The notes: generated from the sequence alone by a model not told the origin. DNA of 64,000 nucleotides from Bacteriovoracia bacterium (GCA_050246755.1 JBFWVL010000006.1:96001-160000); one strand, 5' to 3'; numbered from the stretch's first letter, positions 19,643 to 30,744 are shown. A program made the numbers and translations.

Positions 19643-20950
19643 TTAAGAACGATAGATTGGAAATCGCTCGCAGAGCGATTTCACTTCCGCGCGAATTTTT
19701 TCGGCCGTGGCTGGGGGCAGGTTTTTTGTTTCCGCGGTTTGCTCTTTGAGCGCTTTGCAGATCTGCGAAACCCAGCCCGAGATTTGCTTCATCTCGGGAA
19801 TGCCCAGGCCGCGCGAAGTCACGGCCGGAGTGCCCAAGCGAATTCCGCTCGTCACGAACGGAGAGCGCGTCTCGAAGGGAATGGTATTCTTGTTCACCGT
19901 GATATGCGCGAGATCGAGGGCCGCTTCCACTTCCTTGCCGGTGAGTCCATAGGAGCCTACGTCGAGGAGCATGAGGTGGTTATCGGTTCCGCCCGAAACG
20001 ATCCGTAAGCCCTCTTTGGCGAGCCCTTCGGCCAAAGCCTTTGCATTCTCCATCACCTTCTTCTGGTAAACGGCGAATTCCGGTTTCAGCGCTTCACCGA
20101 AGGCCACGGCTTTCGCGGCGATCACGTGCATGAGGGGACCGCCCTGCATGCCGGGAAACACGGCCGAGTTAATTTGCTTTGCGAATTCCGGGCGTGAAAG
20201 AACGAAGCCGCCGCGGGGGCCGCGCAAGGTTTTATGCGTAGTGCTCGTCACGAAATGCGCATGGGGAATCGGCGAAGGATGCAGGCCCGCCGCCACGAGA
20301 CCCGCGATATGGGCCATGTCCACGAGCAGGTACGCACCCACTTCCTCGGCGATTTTTCCGAGGCGGGCGAAATCTAAGGTACGCGGATAAGCGCTGGCGC
20401 CGGCGATAATCAGTTTCGGCTGCACTTGCTGTGCTTTCGCCCGGATTAATTCGTAGTCAAGACGCTCGCTCTCTTTCTCCACCGTATAGTGATGGGCCTG
20501 GTAGAGCTTGCCGGAGAAATTCACGGGAGAGCCGTGAGTGAGGTGCCCGCCGTGGGAAAGGTCCATGCCGAGAATGGCATCGCCCGGTTTGAGCACGGCG
20601 AGAAATACTGCCATATTTGCCTGCGCGCCGGAATGCGGCTGCACGTTGGCGTGGTAGGGCGTGGGGGAGGAATCATCGCAGCCGAAGAGTTTGCGCAGGC
20701 GCGAAAGCGCGAGGTTCTCGGCTTCGTCCACGTAGGTGCAACCGCCGTAGTAGCGTTTGCCGGGGTAACCTTCGGCGTATTTATTGGTGAGCACGCTGCC
20801 CTGGGCGGCCATTACGGCGGCGGAAACGTAGTTCTCGGAAGCGATTAATTCCAGGCCGTCTTCCTGACGTTTCAATTCTCTGGAAATGGCGCCCTGGATC
20901 TCGGGATCAGCGGCTAAAACTTCGGGAACCCGGTACTGAAAACTTTGCAT
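19643..20950 (-). CDS. glyA: Serine hydroxymethyltransferase
   Basis: [32 protein letters not shown] motifs. Confidence 0.98.
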   Translation of the reverse strand: MQSFQYRVPEVLAADPEIQGAISRELKRQEDGLELIASENYVSAAVMAAQGSVLTNKYAEGYPGKRYYGGCTYVDEAENLALSRLRKLFGCDDSSPTPYHANVQPHSGAQANMAVFLAVLKPGDAILGMDLSHGGHLTHGSPVNFSGKLYQAHHYTVEKESERLDYELIRAKAQQVQPKLIIAGASAYPRTLDFARLGKIAEEVGAYLLVDMAHIAGLVAAGLHPSPIPHAHFVTSTTHKTLRGPRGGFVLSRPEFAKQINSAVFPGMQGGPLMHVIAAKAVAFGEALKPEFAVYQKKVMENAKALAEGLAKEGLRIVSGGTDNHLMLLDVGSYGLTGKEVEAALDLAHITVNKNTIPFETRSPFVTSGIRLGTPAVTSRGLGIPEMKQISGWVSQICKALKEQTAETKNLPPATAEKIRAEVKSLCERFPIYRS

Positions 20951-21384
20951 TACTTTCCTTCCAGCGCGGAAATTTTATCCACGCGTTTTTGGTGGCGGCT
21001 CTCAAATTTTGCATTTAGCCAGGCGCGGGCCATCGCGAGCGCATGGGTGGCGCCCGTGACGCGCTCGCCGAGGCAGAGCACGTTGGCATTATTGTGTTCG
21101 GTGGCGAACTGGGCGGTGAAGATGGATTCCACGTGAGCCGCGCGGATGCCCTTCAGCTTATTGGCGGAAATACTCATGCCGAGGCCGGTTCCGCAGATAA
21201 GAATGGCCTTTGCGCACTTTCCCGAGGTAACGGCGGCGCAGGCTTTCTCGGCGAAGTCGGGATAGTCCACCGAATCAGTGGTTTCGGGCCCGAAGTCGGT
21301 GAATTCCACTTCTTTCATTTCCTGAATTAAATATTTTTTGAGCTGGAGGCCGGCGTGATCAGACGCGATCGCTAGTTTCAGCAT
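20950..21384 (-). CDS. rpiB: Ribose-5-phosphate isomerase B
   Basis: SDHAG, DYPD, CGTGLG, HNNAN motifs. Confidence 0.95.
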   Translation of the reverse strand: MLKLAIASDHAGLQLKKYLIQEMKEVEFTDFGPETTDSVDYPDFAEKACAAVTSGKCAKAILICGTGLGMSISANKLKGIRAAHVESIFTAQFATEHNNANVLCLGERVTGATHALAMARAWLNAKFESRHQKRVDKISALEGK

Positions 21385-21428
21385 GAATCCCTCCCGGAAA
21401 AATGAATTGGAACAGGGAAAAGGTAGCC

Positions 21429-22706
21429 TTAGACCTTGCTGAAAACAAGGGTAGCGTTCGTGCCACCGAAGCCGAAGCTATTGCTCATTACGGACTGCAT
21501 CGTTTTGCGGCTCGCGTGATGCGCAGAGTAATTCAGGCGGCAGTTTTCACTCGGATTATCGAGGTTGATGGTGGGAGGAATATCTCCGGTATTGAGCGCC
21601 ATCAGCGAAATCGCGGCTTCTAGCGCACCCGCGCCGCCGAGGAGGTGGCCGGTCATGCTCTTGGTGGATCCCATGATTAGATTTTTCGCGTGGGAGCCGA
21701 ATACGCGCTCTACCGCCATCGATTCGTTTTCGTCGCCGGCGGGCGTGGAGGTGCCGTGAGCGTTTACGTAGCCCACGGAGGTGGGATCGATTTTCCCGCG
21801 CTCCAGCGCGAGCTTCATGCTGCGCCCGGCGCCTTCGCCTTCGGGAGCGGGGGAAGTCATGTGAAACGCATCCGAGGTAGCGGCGTAGCCCGTTACTTCG
21901 CCGTAAATCTTGGCGCCGCGTTTTTTCGCGCGCTCGTAGTCTTCCAGGATCAAAGCGCCGCCGCCTTCACCGATCACGAAACCATCGCGGTCGCGGTCGA
22001 ATGGCCGGGAAGCTTTCGTGGGGTCTTCATTACGCGTGGAGAGCGCCTTCATCGCATTGAAGCCGCCCACGCCGCTGGCGCAAACTACGCTCTCGGATCC
22101 GCCGGCGATCATCACGTCGGCATCACCGCGAGAAATCATCATCGCCGCTTCGCCCACGGAGTGCGCCGAAGAAGCGCAGGCCGTTACGGTGCAAAGGTTG
22201 GGGCCCTTTGCATTCAGCATGATGGAGAGGTGGCCGCTGATCATATTGGGGATCACGGAAGGAATGAAAAAAGGAGTGATGCGTCTCGGGCCTTTTCCAC
22301 GGATCGTGTCCACGGTGTCTTCGATGTCCGAGAGGCTTCCCATACCGGCCGACATCAACGTGCCGAACGTTTCGGGGTCTACATTATTGCCGTTCTCATC
22401 GGCGCGGCCTTTGAAGCCGGCATCTTCCCAGGCGTGCATGGCTGCCACGAGCCCGAGGTGGATGAAGCGGCCCATCTTGCGCTGTTCTTTAACATTGATA
22501 TACGCGTCGGCAGAAAAGCCCTTCACCTCGCAGGCGAAGTGGGTCGCGTATTCTTTCGCGTCGAATAGGGTAATAGGGGCGGCGCCAGATTTTCCTGCGA
22601 GCAGGGCGGGCCACGTCTCTTTAAGCGAAAGGCCGAGAGGTGAAACCACCCCTAGGCCCGTTACTACTACTCTGCGCTTTAGATTTGGCCAGTTGGCGAG
22701 GCTCAT
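21429..22706 (-). CDS. fabF: Beta-ketoacyl-ACP synthase II
   Basis: TACASS, NAHGTST, KSMTGHLLG, SNSFGFGG motifs. Confidence 0.97.
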   Translation of the reverse strand: MSLANWPNLKRRVVVTGLGVVSPLGLSLKETWPALLAGKSGAAPITLFDAKEYATHFACEVKGFSADAYINVKEQRKMGRFIHLGLVAAMHAWEDAGFKGRADENGNNVDPETFGTLMSAGMGSLSDIEDTVDTIRGKGPRRITPFFIPSVIPNMISGHLSIMLNAKGPNLCTVTACASSAHSVGEAAMMISRGDADVMIAGGSESVVCASGVGGFNAMKALSTRNEDPTKASRPFDRDRDGFVIGEGGGALILEDYERAKKRGAKIYGEVTGYAATSDAFHMTSPAPEGEGAGRSMKLALERGKIDPTSVGYVNAHGTSTPAGDENESMAVERVFGSHAKNLIMGSTKSMTGHLLGGAGALEAAISLMALNTGDIPPTINLDNPSENCRLNYSAHHASRKTMQSVMSNSFGFGGTNATLVFSKV

Positions 22707-22722
22707 TCGGACCCCTTAGGGC

Positions 22723-22959
22723 TTACGCGCCCTTTTTGGTTTTAATATAATTAGTAACGTCGCCTACCGTTTTCATTTTTTCGGCGTCTTCATCAGGAAT
22801 ATCGAGTTCGAACTCTTCTTCCATGGTCATCACTAGCTCAACGATATCGAGACTGTCCGCGCCGAGATCATCAATGAAAGAAGCCGTGTCGGTTACTTTT
22901 TCCGCTTCGACAGCGAGCTGGTCACAAATGATGTTTTTTACGCGTTCTTGAATATTCAT
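22723..22959 (-). CDS. acpP: Acyl carrier protein
   Basis: DLGADSLD motif. Confidence 0.97.
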   Translation of the reverse strand: MNIQERVKNIICDQLAVEAEKVTDTASFIDDLGADSLDIVELVMTMEEEFELDIPDEDAEKMKTVGDVTNYIKTKKGA

Positions 22960-23181
22960 AAATCCTCTTTCGTTGGTGATGCCTCGATTTATACAGAAAC
23001 CACCTATGGTTTACCACCGCTTTTTTCACCCGGCAACGGATGGAAGACGGAATTAGTTGGTGATGACGCTAAGCGCTGCTGCGGGGCTGCATTTTCGGAA
23101 AGTTGTCGACGAAGGATCGTTGAAAATAAAAAATATTTAGATAGGTTCTTTGCCTTGGTTTAGGCGTCCGGTTCAAGTCTC

Positions 23182-23197
23182 CTTCCGCCGCGGAAGT
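23182..23197. repeat. Palindromic repeat CTTCCGC-N-GCGGAAG, copy 1
   Basis: cttccgccgcggaagt; 15/16 identical to 26525..26540. Confidence 0.6.
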
Positions 23198-23266
23198 TAC
23201 GCCGCGTTAATCGTCGAGACAAAAATCCCTCTGTCGGCATGACTCCCTTTGTGCTTTTCTTTGGTC

Positions 23267-24775
23267 GTGGAAACCCAAGTGATCATCGTCGGAGCAGGCC
23301 CAACCGGCCTCGTGCTTGCCCTCTATTTAACCAAGCTCGGCATTCGCGTGAGAATTTTCGACGCCGCGAAAGAAGCCGGCAGCACCTCCCGCGCCCTCGT
23401 GGTGCACGCGCGCACCTTGGAATTTTACCGCTGGCTCGGTATCGCAGACGAAGTGGTGAAGCGCGGCCACCCGGCGAAAGCCCTTCGCCTCTGGGCTAAA
23501 GGCAAGCAAGTAACGCAAGTGCCGGTGGGAGAAATCGGCCAAGGGCTAAGTCCCTATCCGTACCTTTTATTTTTTCCCCAGGACGAGCACGAGCGCTTGT
23601 TGATCGAGGCGCTTAGCGCGGCTGGCATAGTGGTGGAGCGGGAAAAAAATTTTTTGGATTTTCAGGAGAATGCGCAGGGAGTGAGTGCGCGTTTTCTCGC
23701 GGCGGGCGGAATAGAAGAAAGCTACCGTGCCGATTTTATCGCGGGCTGTGATGGCGCTCACTCCCGGATGCGGGAGCTTTTGCACACGGGCTTTCCTGGT
23801 TCTACCTATAATCAGCTTTTCTACGTGGCCGATGTGCAAGCTTCCGGTCCGGCGATCAATGGCGATCTCAATCTTGCGCTCGACAATGCGGACTTTCTCG
23901 CCGTTTTCCCGATGAAGGGCGAGGGGAGAGTGCGCCTGATCGGCACGGTGGAATCCTCCGCTGAAGGCAAGAAAATCGAATGGACCGACGTAAAGCACGC
24001 CGCGATCGATCACCTCAATGTGAAAGTAGAGCGCGTGAATTGGTTCTCGAGCTACCGCGTGCACCACCGCGTGACGGAGCATACCCGCAAAGGGCGCGCT
24101 TTTCTCCTCGGCGATGCCGCGCATATCCATAGCCCCGTGGGCGGGCAGGGGATGAATACCGGCATCGGCGACGCGATCAATTTGGGCTGGAAGCTCGCGA
24201 TGGTGGTCAAGGGCCAAGCAAAAGATTCCTTGCTCGATACCTACGAAGTGGAGCGCATCGCCTTTGCTAAACAACTAGTGAATACCACCGACCGGGCATT
24301 TACTTTTATTACGAGAAACGGGCCGATCGCGCGCTATGTTCGGTTAAATATCGTGCCGGCCTTGGTGAAGGTATTGTTCCGCCTTCAAGGCCTCCGGGTT
24401 TTTATGTTCCGCACGGTTTCGCAGATCAATATTCATTACCGGATGAGTAGGCTCAGCGAAGGATCGGCCGGCACGGTAAATGCCGGAGACCGGATGCCCT
24501 GGGTGAAATTTGCGGATGGCACGGATAATTTTCAAGTGCTCGAGGGCATGAGGTGGCAGGTGCAGGTGTATGGCGAAGTAAGTGCCGAGCTCCTGAATTT
24601 TTGCGAAAAGACCGGCCTGGAATTGAGGGCCTTTCCCTGGAGCGCGGAAACGCAAAAAGTTGGCTTCATGCGGGATGTGGTTTATTTGCTGAGGCCGGAT
24701 GGGTACTTAGCTTTTATTTGCGCGAATGCGAGCGCTGCAAGCTTGGAGAAATATGTGGCCCGATGGTTGGGGTAG
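23267..24775 (+). CDS. FAD-dependent monooxygenase (PheA/TfdB-like aromatic hydroxylase family)
   Basis: GAGPTG, GCDGAHS, GDAAH.HSP.GGQGMN, RPDG motifs; start codon uncertain (23249 or 23267). Confidence 0.9.
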   Translation: METQVIIVGAGPTGLVLALYLTKLGIRVRIFDAAKEAGSTSRALVVHARTLEFYRWLGIADEVVKRGHPAKALRLWAKGKQVTQVPVGEIGQGLSPYPYLLFFPQDEHERLLIEALSAAGIVVEREKNFLDFQENAQGVSARFLAAGGIEESYRADFIAGCDGAHSRMRELLHTGFPGSTYNQLFYVADVQASGPAINGDLNLALDNADFLAVFPMKGEGRVRLIGTVESSAEGKKIEWTDVKHAAIDHLNVKVERVNWFSSYRVHHRVTEHTRKGRAFLLGDAAHIHSPVGGQGMNTGIGDAINLGWKLAMVVKGQAKDSLLDTYEVERIAFAKQLVNTTDRAFTFITRNGPIARYVRLNIVPALVKVLFRLQGLRVFMFRTVSQINIHYRMSRLSEGSAGTVNAGDRMPWVKFADGTDNFQVLEGMRWQVQVYGEVSAELLNFCEKTGLELRAFPWSAETQKVGFMRDVVYLLRPDGYLAFICANASAASLEKYVARWLG

Positions 24776-24902
24776 AAGTTATACGTCTAGTTTTTAAATA
24801 TTCGCCTATCGATAAGGTATTGTAATTTCGGTGGTTTCTTGAACGAAAAAACCTTTCCTGTGGCCGCTTTACTTTAGGTCTCCCGCGCTCTAATAAGACC
24901 CC

Positions 24903-26504
24903 ATGAGAACGCTGCTCCTATTGGCGATGCATTTGGCGAGTCTCCCAGCCTTCGCGGATCCTGATATCCGTTTATTTCCCTATCGCCAGAAGATCGGTCT
25001 CTTTTCTTTTTCGCCATCGTCCTCCGATAAATTGCCCAAGCAAGCTTTGGATCTTTTGCGGAAGCACCCTGTTTGGCAAACGGTGGCGGGCCTGAGCATT
25101 CCGGGTTTTTCGCCCTTACTATCGGCGAATCGGCGTTGGATCGTGGATGGTTCGGGTTCCAGTTTGAAGCTTATCGAGCAAAGCGAGCTTTCTCTTTCGC
25201 AGGATTGCGCCACGAAAAAATACACAAGATGGGGATCCGCCAAGCTGGAACTCAGCGGCTCCGTGAGGCCGATGGACTTTATTATCGGCGGCCCAGATTT
25301 TTGCGCGCCCACGAAGCCCGCTGCCTTTACGGTAACTTTTCTTGGTGAAGATCGCTTCGTGATAAAGCCTGCCGAGGCCGGGATCGCCGTTCTTTTCTTT
25401 CCGGCGCAGAATCTTGCGGTTCGTGGCTCGAAGAAGATTCTCGATGCCGTTCACGTGTTTACGGCGCCGGTTGGCCCCACCACTCTCGGCAGCTCCACGG
25501 GCTTGGAGATTCCAAGGTCGGATTATTTTCACCACGACTTGAGTCGCCCCATGCCGGTCGTTTTGGATAAGAGCTTTCCGGATGCGTTCTTGGCGATTTT
25601 GGAGAGTTCATTGTCTAAGTGGAACGCGGCTCTGGGCACCAATTTCTTTCGGCTCCAAGCGCAGAAGGAAGAAGTGGATCCCTACGATTGCCTGTCTTCT
25701 AGGAAACTCTGCTTTTTGTGGAATGGGTCTACGGAAATTTCTTTTTTAGGGGCCGGTGGAATAACGGGAATGGTTTTCGATCCGATTTCCGGGCAGATCC
25801 AGGGCGGCTATATAGGAATAGATGCGGACTCCCGCGAAAATCTTCCCGCGGTGCCCCTAACTCCGGAAATTCTGAAATTTGAGAGCGAACAGGCCTCCGT
25901 AGAGGATGCGGCGGTGCTTTTTTCCAGGAGGGATGAGCTCGCGCAGTTCCGGCATCCAAAACCATCCTGGCAGCTTGGCTATGTTTTTACGCATGAGCTC
26001 GGGCATTTCAACGGCTTAGGCCATAATTTTCTCGGCAGCTACCGCGGAAGTTCTTTCCACAAAACGGATTCGGTTATGGATTATGCCGCGTTTTCGGCGG
26101 TGGATTCCAAAAGCAGTGAACTGGGCAAGTTTGATCTGGAGGCCGTGGCGCTCATCTATAAAAACGAGAAACCCGGGCTTGATTATTTATATTGCGGCGA
26201 CGACGAATCCAACCTTGAGGGCGTTTCGAAAAATCCAAACTGCAATAAATTCGATCTGGGCCGCCCGGATCGCTGGTTCATTACGCTGGCGAAGATTGCT
26301 CCTGAAGGGGTATTTGCGAAGCACCCGCGCTTCGAAGGGATAAACTTGGATTACCTAGGTTCTTTCCTGGAAGCCAATAAGCCAGGGGTTATGGCGGGCC
26401 AAACGGATAACGTGCAGGGTTTTCTCTGCGCCAATTATTCCGCCGATCGGAGAGTTTACGAGTACCTCCAGGCGAATAATGCCATTCGGCTCGAGTGTAG
26501 ATAA
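24903..26504 (+). CDS. Secreted zinc-dependent metalloprotease
   Basis: Signal peptide; HELGHFNGLGHNF and SVMDY Met-turn. Confidence 0.8.
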   Translation: MRTLLLLAMHLASLPAFADPDIRLFPYRQKIGLFSFSPSSSDKLPKQALDLLRKHPVWQTVAGLSIPGFSPLLSANRRWIVDGSGSSLKLIEQSELSLSQDCATKKYTRWGSAKLELSGSVRPMDFIIGGPDFCAPTKPAAFTVTFLGEDRFVIKPAEAGIAVLFFPAQNLAVRGSKKILDAVHVFTAPVGPTTLGSSTGLEIPRSDYFHHDLSRPMPVVLDKSFPDAFLAILESSLSKWNAALGTNFFRLQAQKEEVDPYDCLSSRKLCFLWNGSTEISFLGAGGITGMVFDPISGQIQGGYIGIDADSRENLPAVPLTPEILKFESEQASVEDAAVLFSRRDELAQFRHPKPSWQLGYVFTHELGHFNGLGHNFLGSYRGSSFHKTDSVMDYAAFSAVDSKSSELGKFDLEAVALIYKNEKPGLDYLYCGDDESNLEGVSKNPNCNKFDLGRPDRWFITLAKIAPEGVFAKHPRFEGINLDYLGSFLEANKPGVMAGQTDNVQGFLCANYSADRRVYEYLQANNAIRLECR

Positions 26505-26519
26505 AAATATTTGATGCGA

Positions 26520-26595
26520 CGCTACTTCCGCTGCGGAAGTAGCGGTGTTCGAATCTCGAGCGGGTAAGCATTATTTCCGACGTCGGAGGTAGCGC
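26520..26595. repeat. REP-like palindromes, including copy 2 of CTTCCGC-N-GCGGAAG
   Basis: cgctacttccgc-t-gcggaagtagcg, plus a related unit atttccgacgtcggaggtagcg. Confidence 0.55.
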
Positions 26596-26606
26596 CCCAT
26601 CAAGCG

Positions 26607-27356
26607 CTAAACGTACATCCCGCCGTTCACGGCGATCACTTGCCCCGTCACGTAGGAGCTGGCCGGAGAAGCGAGCCAGAGTACGGCTTCGGCGATTTCT
26701 TTGCCTGAGCCCATGCGTCCCATGGGAATATTCGCGAGCATCGCCGTCTTGGCGGCCTCGGGAAGGTCGGTAGTCATCTCGGTATCGATAAAGCCAGGGG
26801 CCACCACGTTCACGCGAATATTGCGAGAAGCGAGTTCTTTAGCGAGAGTCTTCGACAGGCCAATCAAGCCCGCCTTCGAAGCGGAGTAAGCGGCCTGGCC
26901 GGCATTGCCCATTTGGCCCACCACGGAGCTCATATTGATAATGGCGCCTTCGCGGGCCTTCATCATGGGGCGCACCACGGCGCGGGCGCAGAGGGCGGCG
27001 CCTTTCAAATTCGTATTGAGGGTATCGTCCCACTCTTCGTCCTTCATGCGCATAAAGAGGGAATCCTTGGCGATGCCGGCGTTATTCACGAGAATATGAA
27101 TCGCGCCCTTGGCTTTGATCACTTCGTCTACGGCGGTATCCACCGCGGCGGAGTCGGAAACGGAAAAAGGCTTTACGAGGCCATCTCCGCCGGCCGATTT
27201 GATCTCGGCGAGCACGGCTTCAGCTTTTTCTACGCCGCGGGAAGTGCAGTTCAGCACCACGAAGGCGCCGGCAGAAGCCAAGCGAAGGGCCACTTCCCGG
27301 CCGATGCCGCGGGAGGCGCCGGTCACGAGGGCTACTTTTCCGTTGAGAGTGCTCAT
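26607..27356 (-). CDS. fabG: 3-oxoacyl-ACP reductase
   Basis: TGASRGIG, NNAGI, YSASK, VNGGM motifs; fab context. Confidence 0.95.
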   Translation of the reverse strand: MSTLNGKVALVTGASRGIGREVALRLASAGAFVVLNCTSRGVEKAEAVLAEIKSAGGDGLVKPFSVSDSAAVDTAVDEVIKAKGAIHILVNNAGIAKDSLFMRMKDEEWDDTLNTNLKGAALCARAVVRPMMKAREGAIINMSSVVGQMGNAGQAAYSASKAGLIGLSKTLAKELASRNIRVNVVAPGFIDTEMTTDLPEAAKTAMLANIPMGRMGSGKEIAEAVLWLASPASSYVTGQVIAVNGGMYV

Positions 27357-27372
27357 TTGAAATCTCCTAAAA

Positions 27373-28371
27373 TTACCAGCGCATCACGCCGGCGGCCCAA
27401 GTGAGGCCTCCGCCAAAAGTGGTCATCAAAACGAGGTCGCCCTTTTTGATTTTTCCCGCTTTTACGTATTCGTCGAAGCAAGTGGGGATTGTGGCCGAAG
27501 AAGTATTGCCGTATTTCTGCAGGTTGAGGGCAACTTTTTCCATCGGGAAGCTCAGTCGCTTGCCAATGGTTTCGATGATGCGCAGATTGGCTTGGTGAGG
27601 CACGAACCAGTCGATATCGCTGACCTTGAGATTTTGCTTTTCCAGCACTTCCTCACAAGCGGCCACCATGTTTTTCACGGCGTGCTTATAGATTTCCTGG
27701 CCGTTCATGCGGATGAACTGCATGTTTTTGTCCACGGTTTCGTGGGTGGGAGGGAACTGGCTGCCCCCGCCCGGCATGTCGAGAAGATCGCCGAGGCGGC
27801 CGTCGGCATGCACGGCGAGTTCTAAGATCTCTCCGGGGTCTCCGGCTTTGCAGGGCTGCACGAGCGAAGCGCCGGCGCCGTCGCCGAAGAGCACGCAGGT
27901 AGTGCGGTCTTTCCAGTTCACGAAGCGAGAAAGCGCTTCGCTGCCGATCACGAGCACGTTCTTGTACTGCCCGGTGCGCACGAGGGCATCGGCCACCTGC
28001 AGGCCGGCCATCCAGCCCGCGCAGGCGCTAAAGAGATCGTAGGCGCCGCCGCCAGTATGGCAGCCGATTTTCGCCTGCACGGTGGCGGCAAGCGAGGGCA
28101 TGAAGCGGTCGGGGGAGGTGGTGCAGCCGATAATGAGATCCACTTCTTCGGGTTTCACGCCGGCTTTTTTTAGGGCATCCAGGCAGGCGGTGGCGGCGAT
28201 ATCGCTGTTTTGCTCATCGGGGCCAAGCTTGCGGCGCTCACGGATACCCGTGCGCTCGGTGATCCACTGGTCGGAAGTGTCCACGATTTTTTCCATGTCG
28301 TGGTTAGTGACTATTTTTTCGGGGAAGCCGGTGCCGAAGGCGGCGATGCGGGCGCGAGTTGTTTTAGGCAT
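27373..28371 (-). CDS. fabH: Beta-ketoacyl-ACP synthase III
   Basis: WITERTGI, SACAG, PHQAN.RI, GNTSSA, FGGGLTW motifs. Confidence 0.95.
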   Translation of the reverse strand: MPKTTRARIAAFGTGFPEKIVTNHDMEKIVDTSDQWITERTGIRERRKLGPDEQNSDIAATACLDALKKAGVKPEEVDLIIGCTTSPDRFMPSLAATVQAKIGCHTGGGAYDLFSACAGWMAGLQVADALVRTGQYKNVLVIGSEALSRFVNWKDRTTCVLFGDGAGASLVQPCKAGDPGEILELAVHADGRLGDLLDMPGGGSQFPPTHETVDKNMQFIRMNGQEIYKHAVKNMVAACEEVLEKQNLKVSDIDWFVPHQANLRIIETIGKRLSFPMEKVALNLQKYGNTSSATIPTCFDEYVKAGKIKKGDLVLMTTFGGGLTWAAGVMRW

Positions 28372-28381
28372 ATTGAATTCC

Positions 28382-29461
28382 TCAATCTTTTTCCAGAGCG
28401 CCAATCTTCGTGTCGGACTCCTGAATTACTTGGCGCAGCACGGAAGGCAGGTCAGTTTTAGCACTCTCCGCTGCGCGCAAGATACCATTTTTTATTGCTT
28501 TTGCCGTGGAGCGGCCATGGGAAATAAAGGCATGCCCGTCAATCCCAATAAGCGGCGCGGCCCCCACTTCCGCGTAGTCGGTGCGGCGTTTGAGTTTTTT
28601 TAGGGCACGCATGGCGAAGGCGGCCCCCACCACGGCCAGCCAGTCGCTTTTAATTTCTTTTTTGAGCAAATCGGTTACGGCGGTGGCGAGGCCCTCTAAA
28701 CTCTTTAGTACGATATTTCCCGTGAACCCGTCGCAGACCACCACATCGCAGTTCCCATGAAACAGGCGCCCGCCCTCTACGTAGCCTTGGTACACCCCTT
28801 TACCAAACACTTTTTGTTCTTGGAGCTTCTTGAGCACGCTATTGGTTTCGCGGGTGAGATCGGTGCCCTTGGAATCCTCTCCGCCGTTGGAGAGCACGCC
28901 CACGCTTCCCTTAGTGCCGGGAAATAGGGAGCGAAAATATTCCGATCCCAGCAGCGCCCACTGCACGAGGTGAATGGGTTTGCAGACGGTATTGGCGCCG
29001 GCATCGAGCAAGAGCAGGAATCCACGGGTGGTGGGAAGGGGTACGGCGATCGCGGGCCGCTCCACGCCGGCAATGCGTTTCATGTAGAGCACGGCGGAAG
29101 CTAGGGCCGCACCCGAGTTGCCGGCACTGAGGAAGGCGGCGTGGGGCTCTTTTGCGGCGAGACGCATGGCCACATTGAGGGAGGCTTCTTTTTTTTGGCG
29201 CACGGCCGAAGCGGGGTGATCGTCCATCTCAATCCATTCGGGCGTATGGTGAATGGATATTTGGTGGAGGCGGGCTTTTTTTTCTTTTTTTGCCTCAGAA
29301 TCGAGGAGGGGGCGAAGCTTGGTTTCATCGCCGACTAGCACAATACGAATATCATCACGCTCGATCGAAACCCAAAGCGCTCCCCGCACGTTTACCTTGG
29401 GGGCGAGGTCGCCGCCCATCGCATCAACGTATACGGTGGACAAGTGTCGCTTGGACTTCAT
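28382..29461 (-). CDS. plsX: Phosphate acyltransferase PlsX
   Basis: DAMGGD.AP, SAGNSGA, LDAGAN, DGFTGN, HGRS motifs. Confidence 0.95.
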   Translation of the reverse strand: MKSKRHLSTVYVDAMGGDLAPKVNVRGALWVSIERDDIRIVLVGDETKLRPLLDSEAKKEKKARLHQISIHHTPEWIEMDDHPASAVRQKKEASLNVAMRLAAKEPHAAFLSAGNSGAALASAVLYMKRIAGVERPAIAVPLPTTRGFLLLLDAGANTVCKPIHLVQWALLGSEYFRSLFPGTKGSVGVLSNGGEDSKGTDLTRETNSVLKKLQEQKVFGKGVYQGYVEGGRLFHGNCDVVVCDGFTGNIVLKSLEGLATAVTDLLKKEIKSDWLAVVGAAFAMRALKKLKRRTDYAEVGAAPLIGIDGHAFISHGRSTAKAIKNGILRAAESAKTDLPSVLRQVIQESDTKIGALEKD

Positions 29462-29495
29462 CGAGAAAAACTATTTAGCTGTTTTAGCTAGTGGA

Positions 29496-29690
29496 TCAGG
29501 CTTCTGCAGCTGCAGCGGCCATTACCTGTTTTCCGTTATAGTGCCCGCAGCTACCGCAAATACGGTGAGAAAGGGCGGGGGCATTGCAATTGGAGCAACG
29601 CATGGTGTTTGCGGCCTCCATGCGGTATGCGCTGGAAAATCTGCGTAGGTCGCGACGGGAGCGGGTCTGTCTCTTCTTTGGTACTGCCAT
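29496..29690 (-). CDS. rpmF: 50S ribosomal protein L32
   Basis: MAVPKK start; CSNC and CGSCG zinc ribbon. Confidence 0.95.
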   Translation of the reverse strand: MAVPKKRQTRSRRDLRRFSSAYRMEAANTMRCSNCNAPALSHRICGSCGHYNGKQVMAAAAAEA

Positions 29691-29922
29691 AGTGGGGGAA
29701 ACATAGTGGAAAAGATTTGGAAATTCCACTCCTTTTTCACTCTTTCCCGGGCGCCATATTGCAGTGAATCATTTCTTTGGGGAGGTTTTCTGAAATGCTC
29801 GCTTAAGGATGAAGCGTTTGAAATCTAAAAGGTTTTTATTCCAGTACTTGATTTCCTTTCCTTGCCCTCTCTGCGGCGTTTGCTACAATCTTAGATGAGA
29901 GAGGTTTTACACGGAGGTCCTC

Positions 29923-30744
29923 TTGTCTGATTTATCCTATTTTGTCTCCCACGCGGGAAAGCAGCAGGGACCCTTTTCCCAGCAAGACCTCAAGAAGAAG
30001 CTTAAGGGCGGCGATCTCACGTATACTGATTACCTTTGGCATCCCGACAATCAATCGTGGGTGATGCTGGCGAGCTTCTTCGCCACGGAATTTACTCCCC
30101 CGAAAGATCCTCCCACCGGCGTGAAAGTAGACGAGGCGAAGCTCAAGGAACGCGAATTCGCCTCCGAAACTTTTTCTCAGGATCTCGGCATTTCCAACGA
30201 GCCGATTTGGTTTCTCTACCGCGACAATACGAAGTTCGGCCCGTACCGCTACCTCGAGCTGGTGCGCCTGCTGCAAACGAATGCGTGCGCGCCCGACGAT
30301 TTTATCTGGAAGCCGGGATTCGAAGACTGGACCAGGCTGCGGCATTGCCCGGAGTTTGAAGATCCCGTGCTCAAGAAGCTGGTGCACCTGCGGAATTTTG
30401 GCACCGAGAAAATTTTCGTGCAGCGCCGTTTCCCGCGCGTTCCCTACGAGAGCGAAGTTATTCTCCACGACGAAAAACGCGTGATCTTCGGCGCGGCCCG
30501 TTCCTTATCGGAAGGCGGCGCGTTCCTCGAGGTGAACAAGCTGACCCACGTGAAGGGCGATCGTATCAAGGTGCACTTTACGCCGGGTGGGGTGGGCGTG
30601 CCATTCAATTGCATCGCCGAAGTTACCCAGGTTTCTAAAGGGCCGCCGGCCGGCTATAACGTAAAATTCATTTACTTAGAGGAAGAGGATCGCAAGCGGA
30701 TCGCGCAGTATACGGACTCAATAGTTTCGGCTACGGCGGGATGA
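29923..30744 (+). CDS. Tandem GYF_2 (DUF4339) plus PilZ protein
   Basis: Two GPF/GPY...W GYF-like units; QRRFPR and SLSEGG PilZ motifs. Confidence 0.75.
   Translation: MSDLSYFVSHAGKQQGPFSQQDLKKKLKGGDLTYTDYLWHPDNQSWVMLASFFATEFTPPKDPPTGVKVDEAKLKEREFASETFSQDLGISNEPIWFLYRDNTKFGPYRYLELVRLLQTNACAPDDFIWKPGFEDWTRLRHCPEFEDPVLKKLVHLRNFGTEKIFVQRRFPRVPYESEVILHDEKRVIFGAARSLSEGGAFLEVNKLTHVKGDRIKVHFTPGGVGVPFNCIAEVTQVSKGPPAGYNVKFIYLEEEDRKRIAQYTDSIVSATAG

Noticed and set aside
23165-23185. tRNA T-loop-like GGTTCAAGTC (also GTTCGAATC near 26547)
   Set aside because: No T-stem pairing or cloverleaf; I found no tRNA or rRNA in the window.
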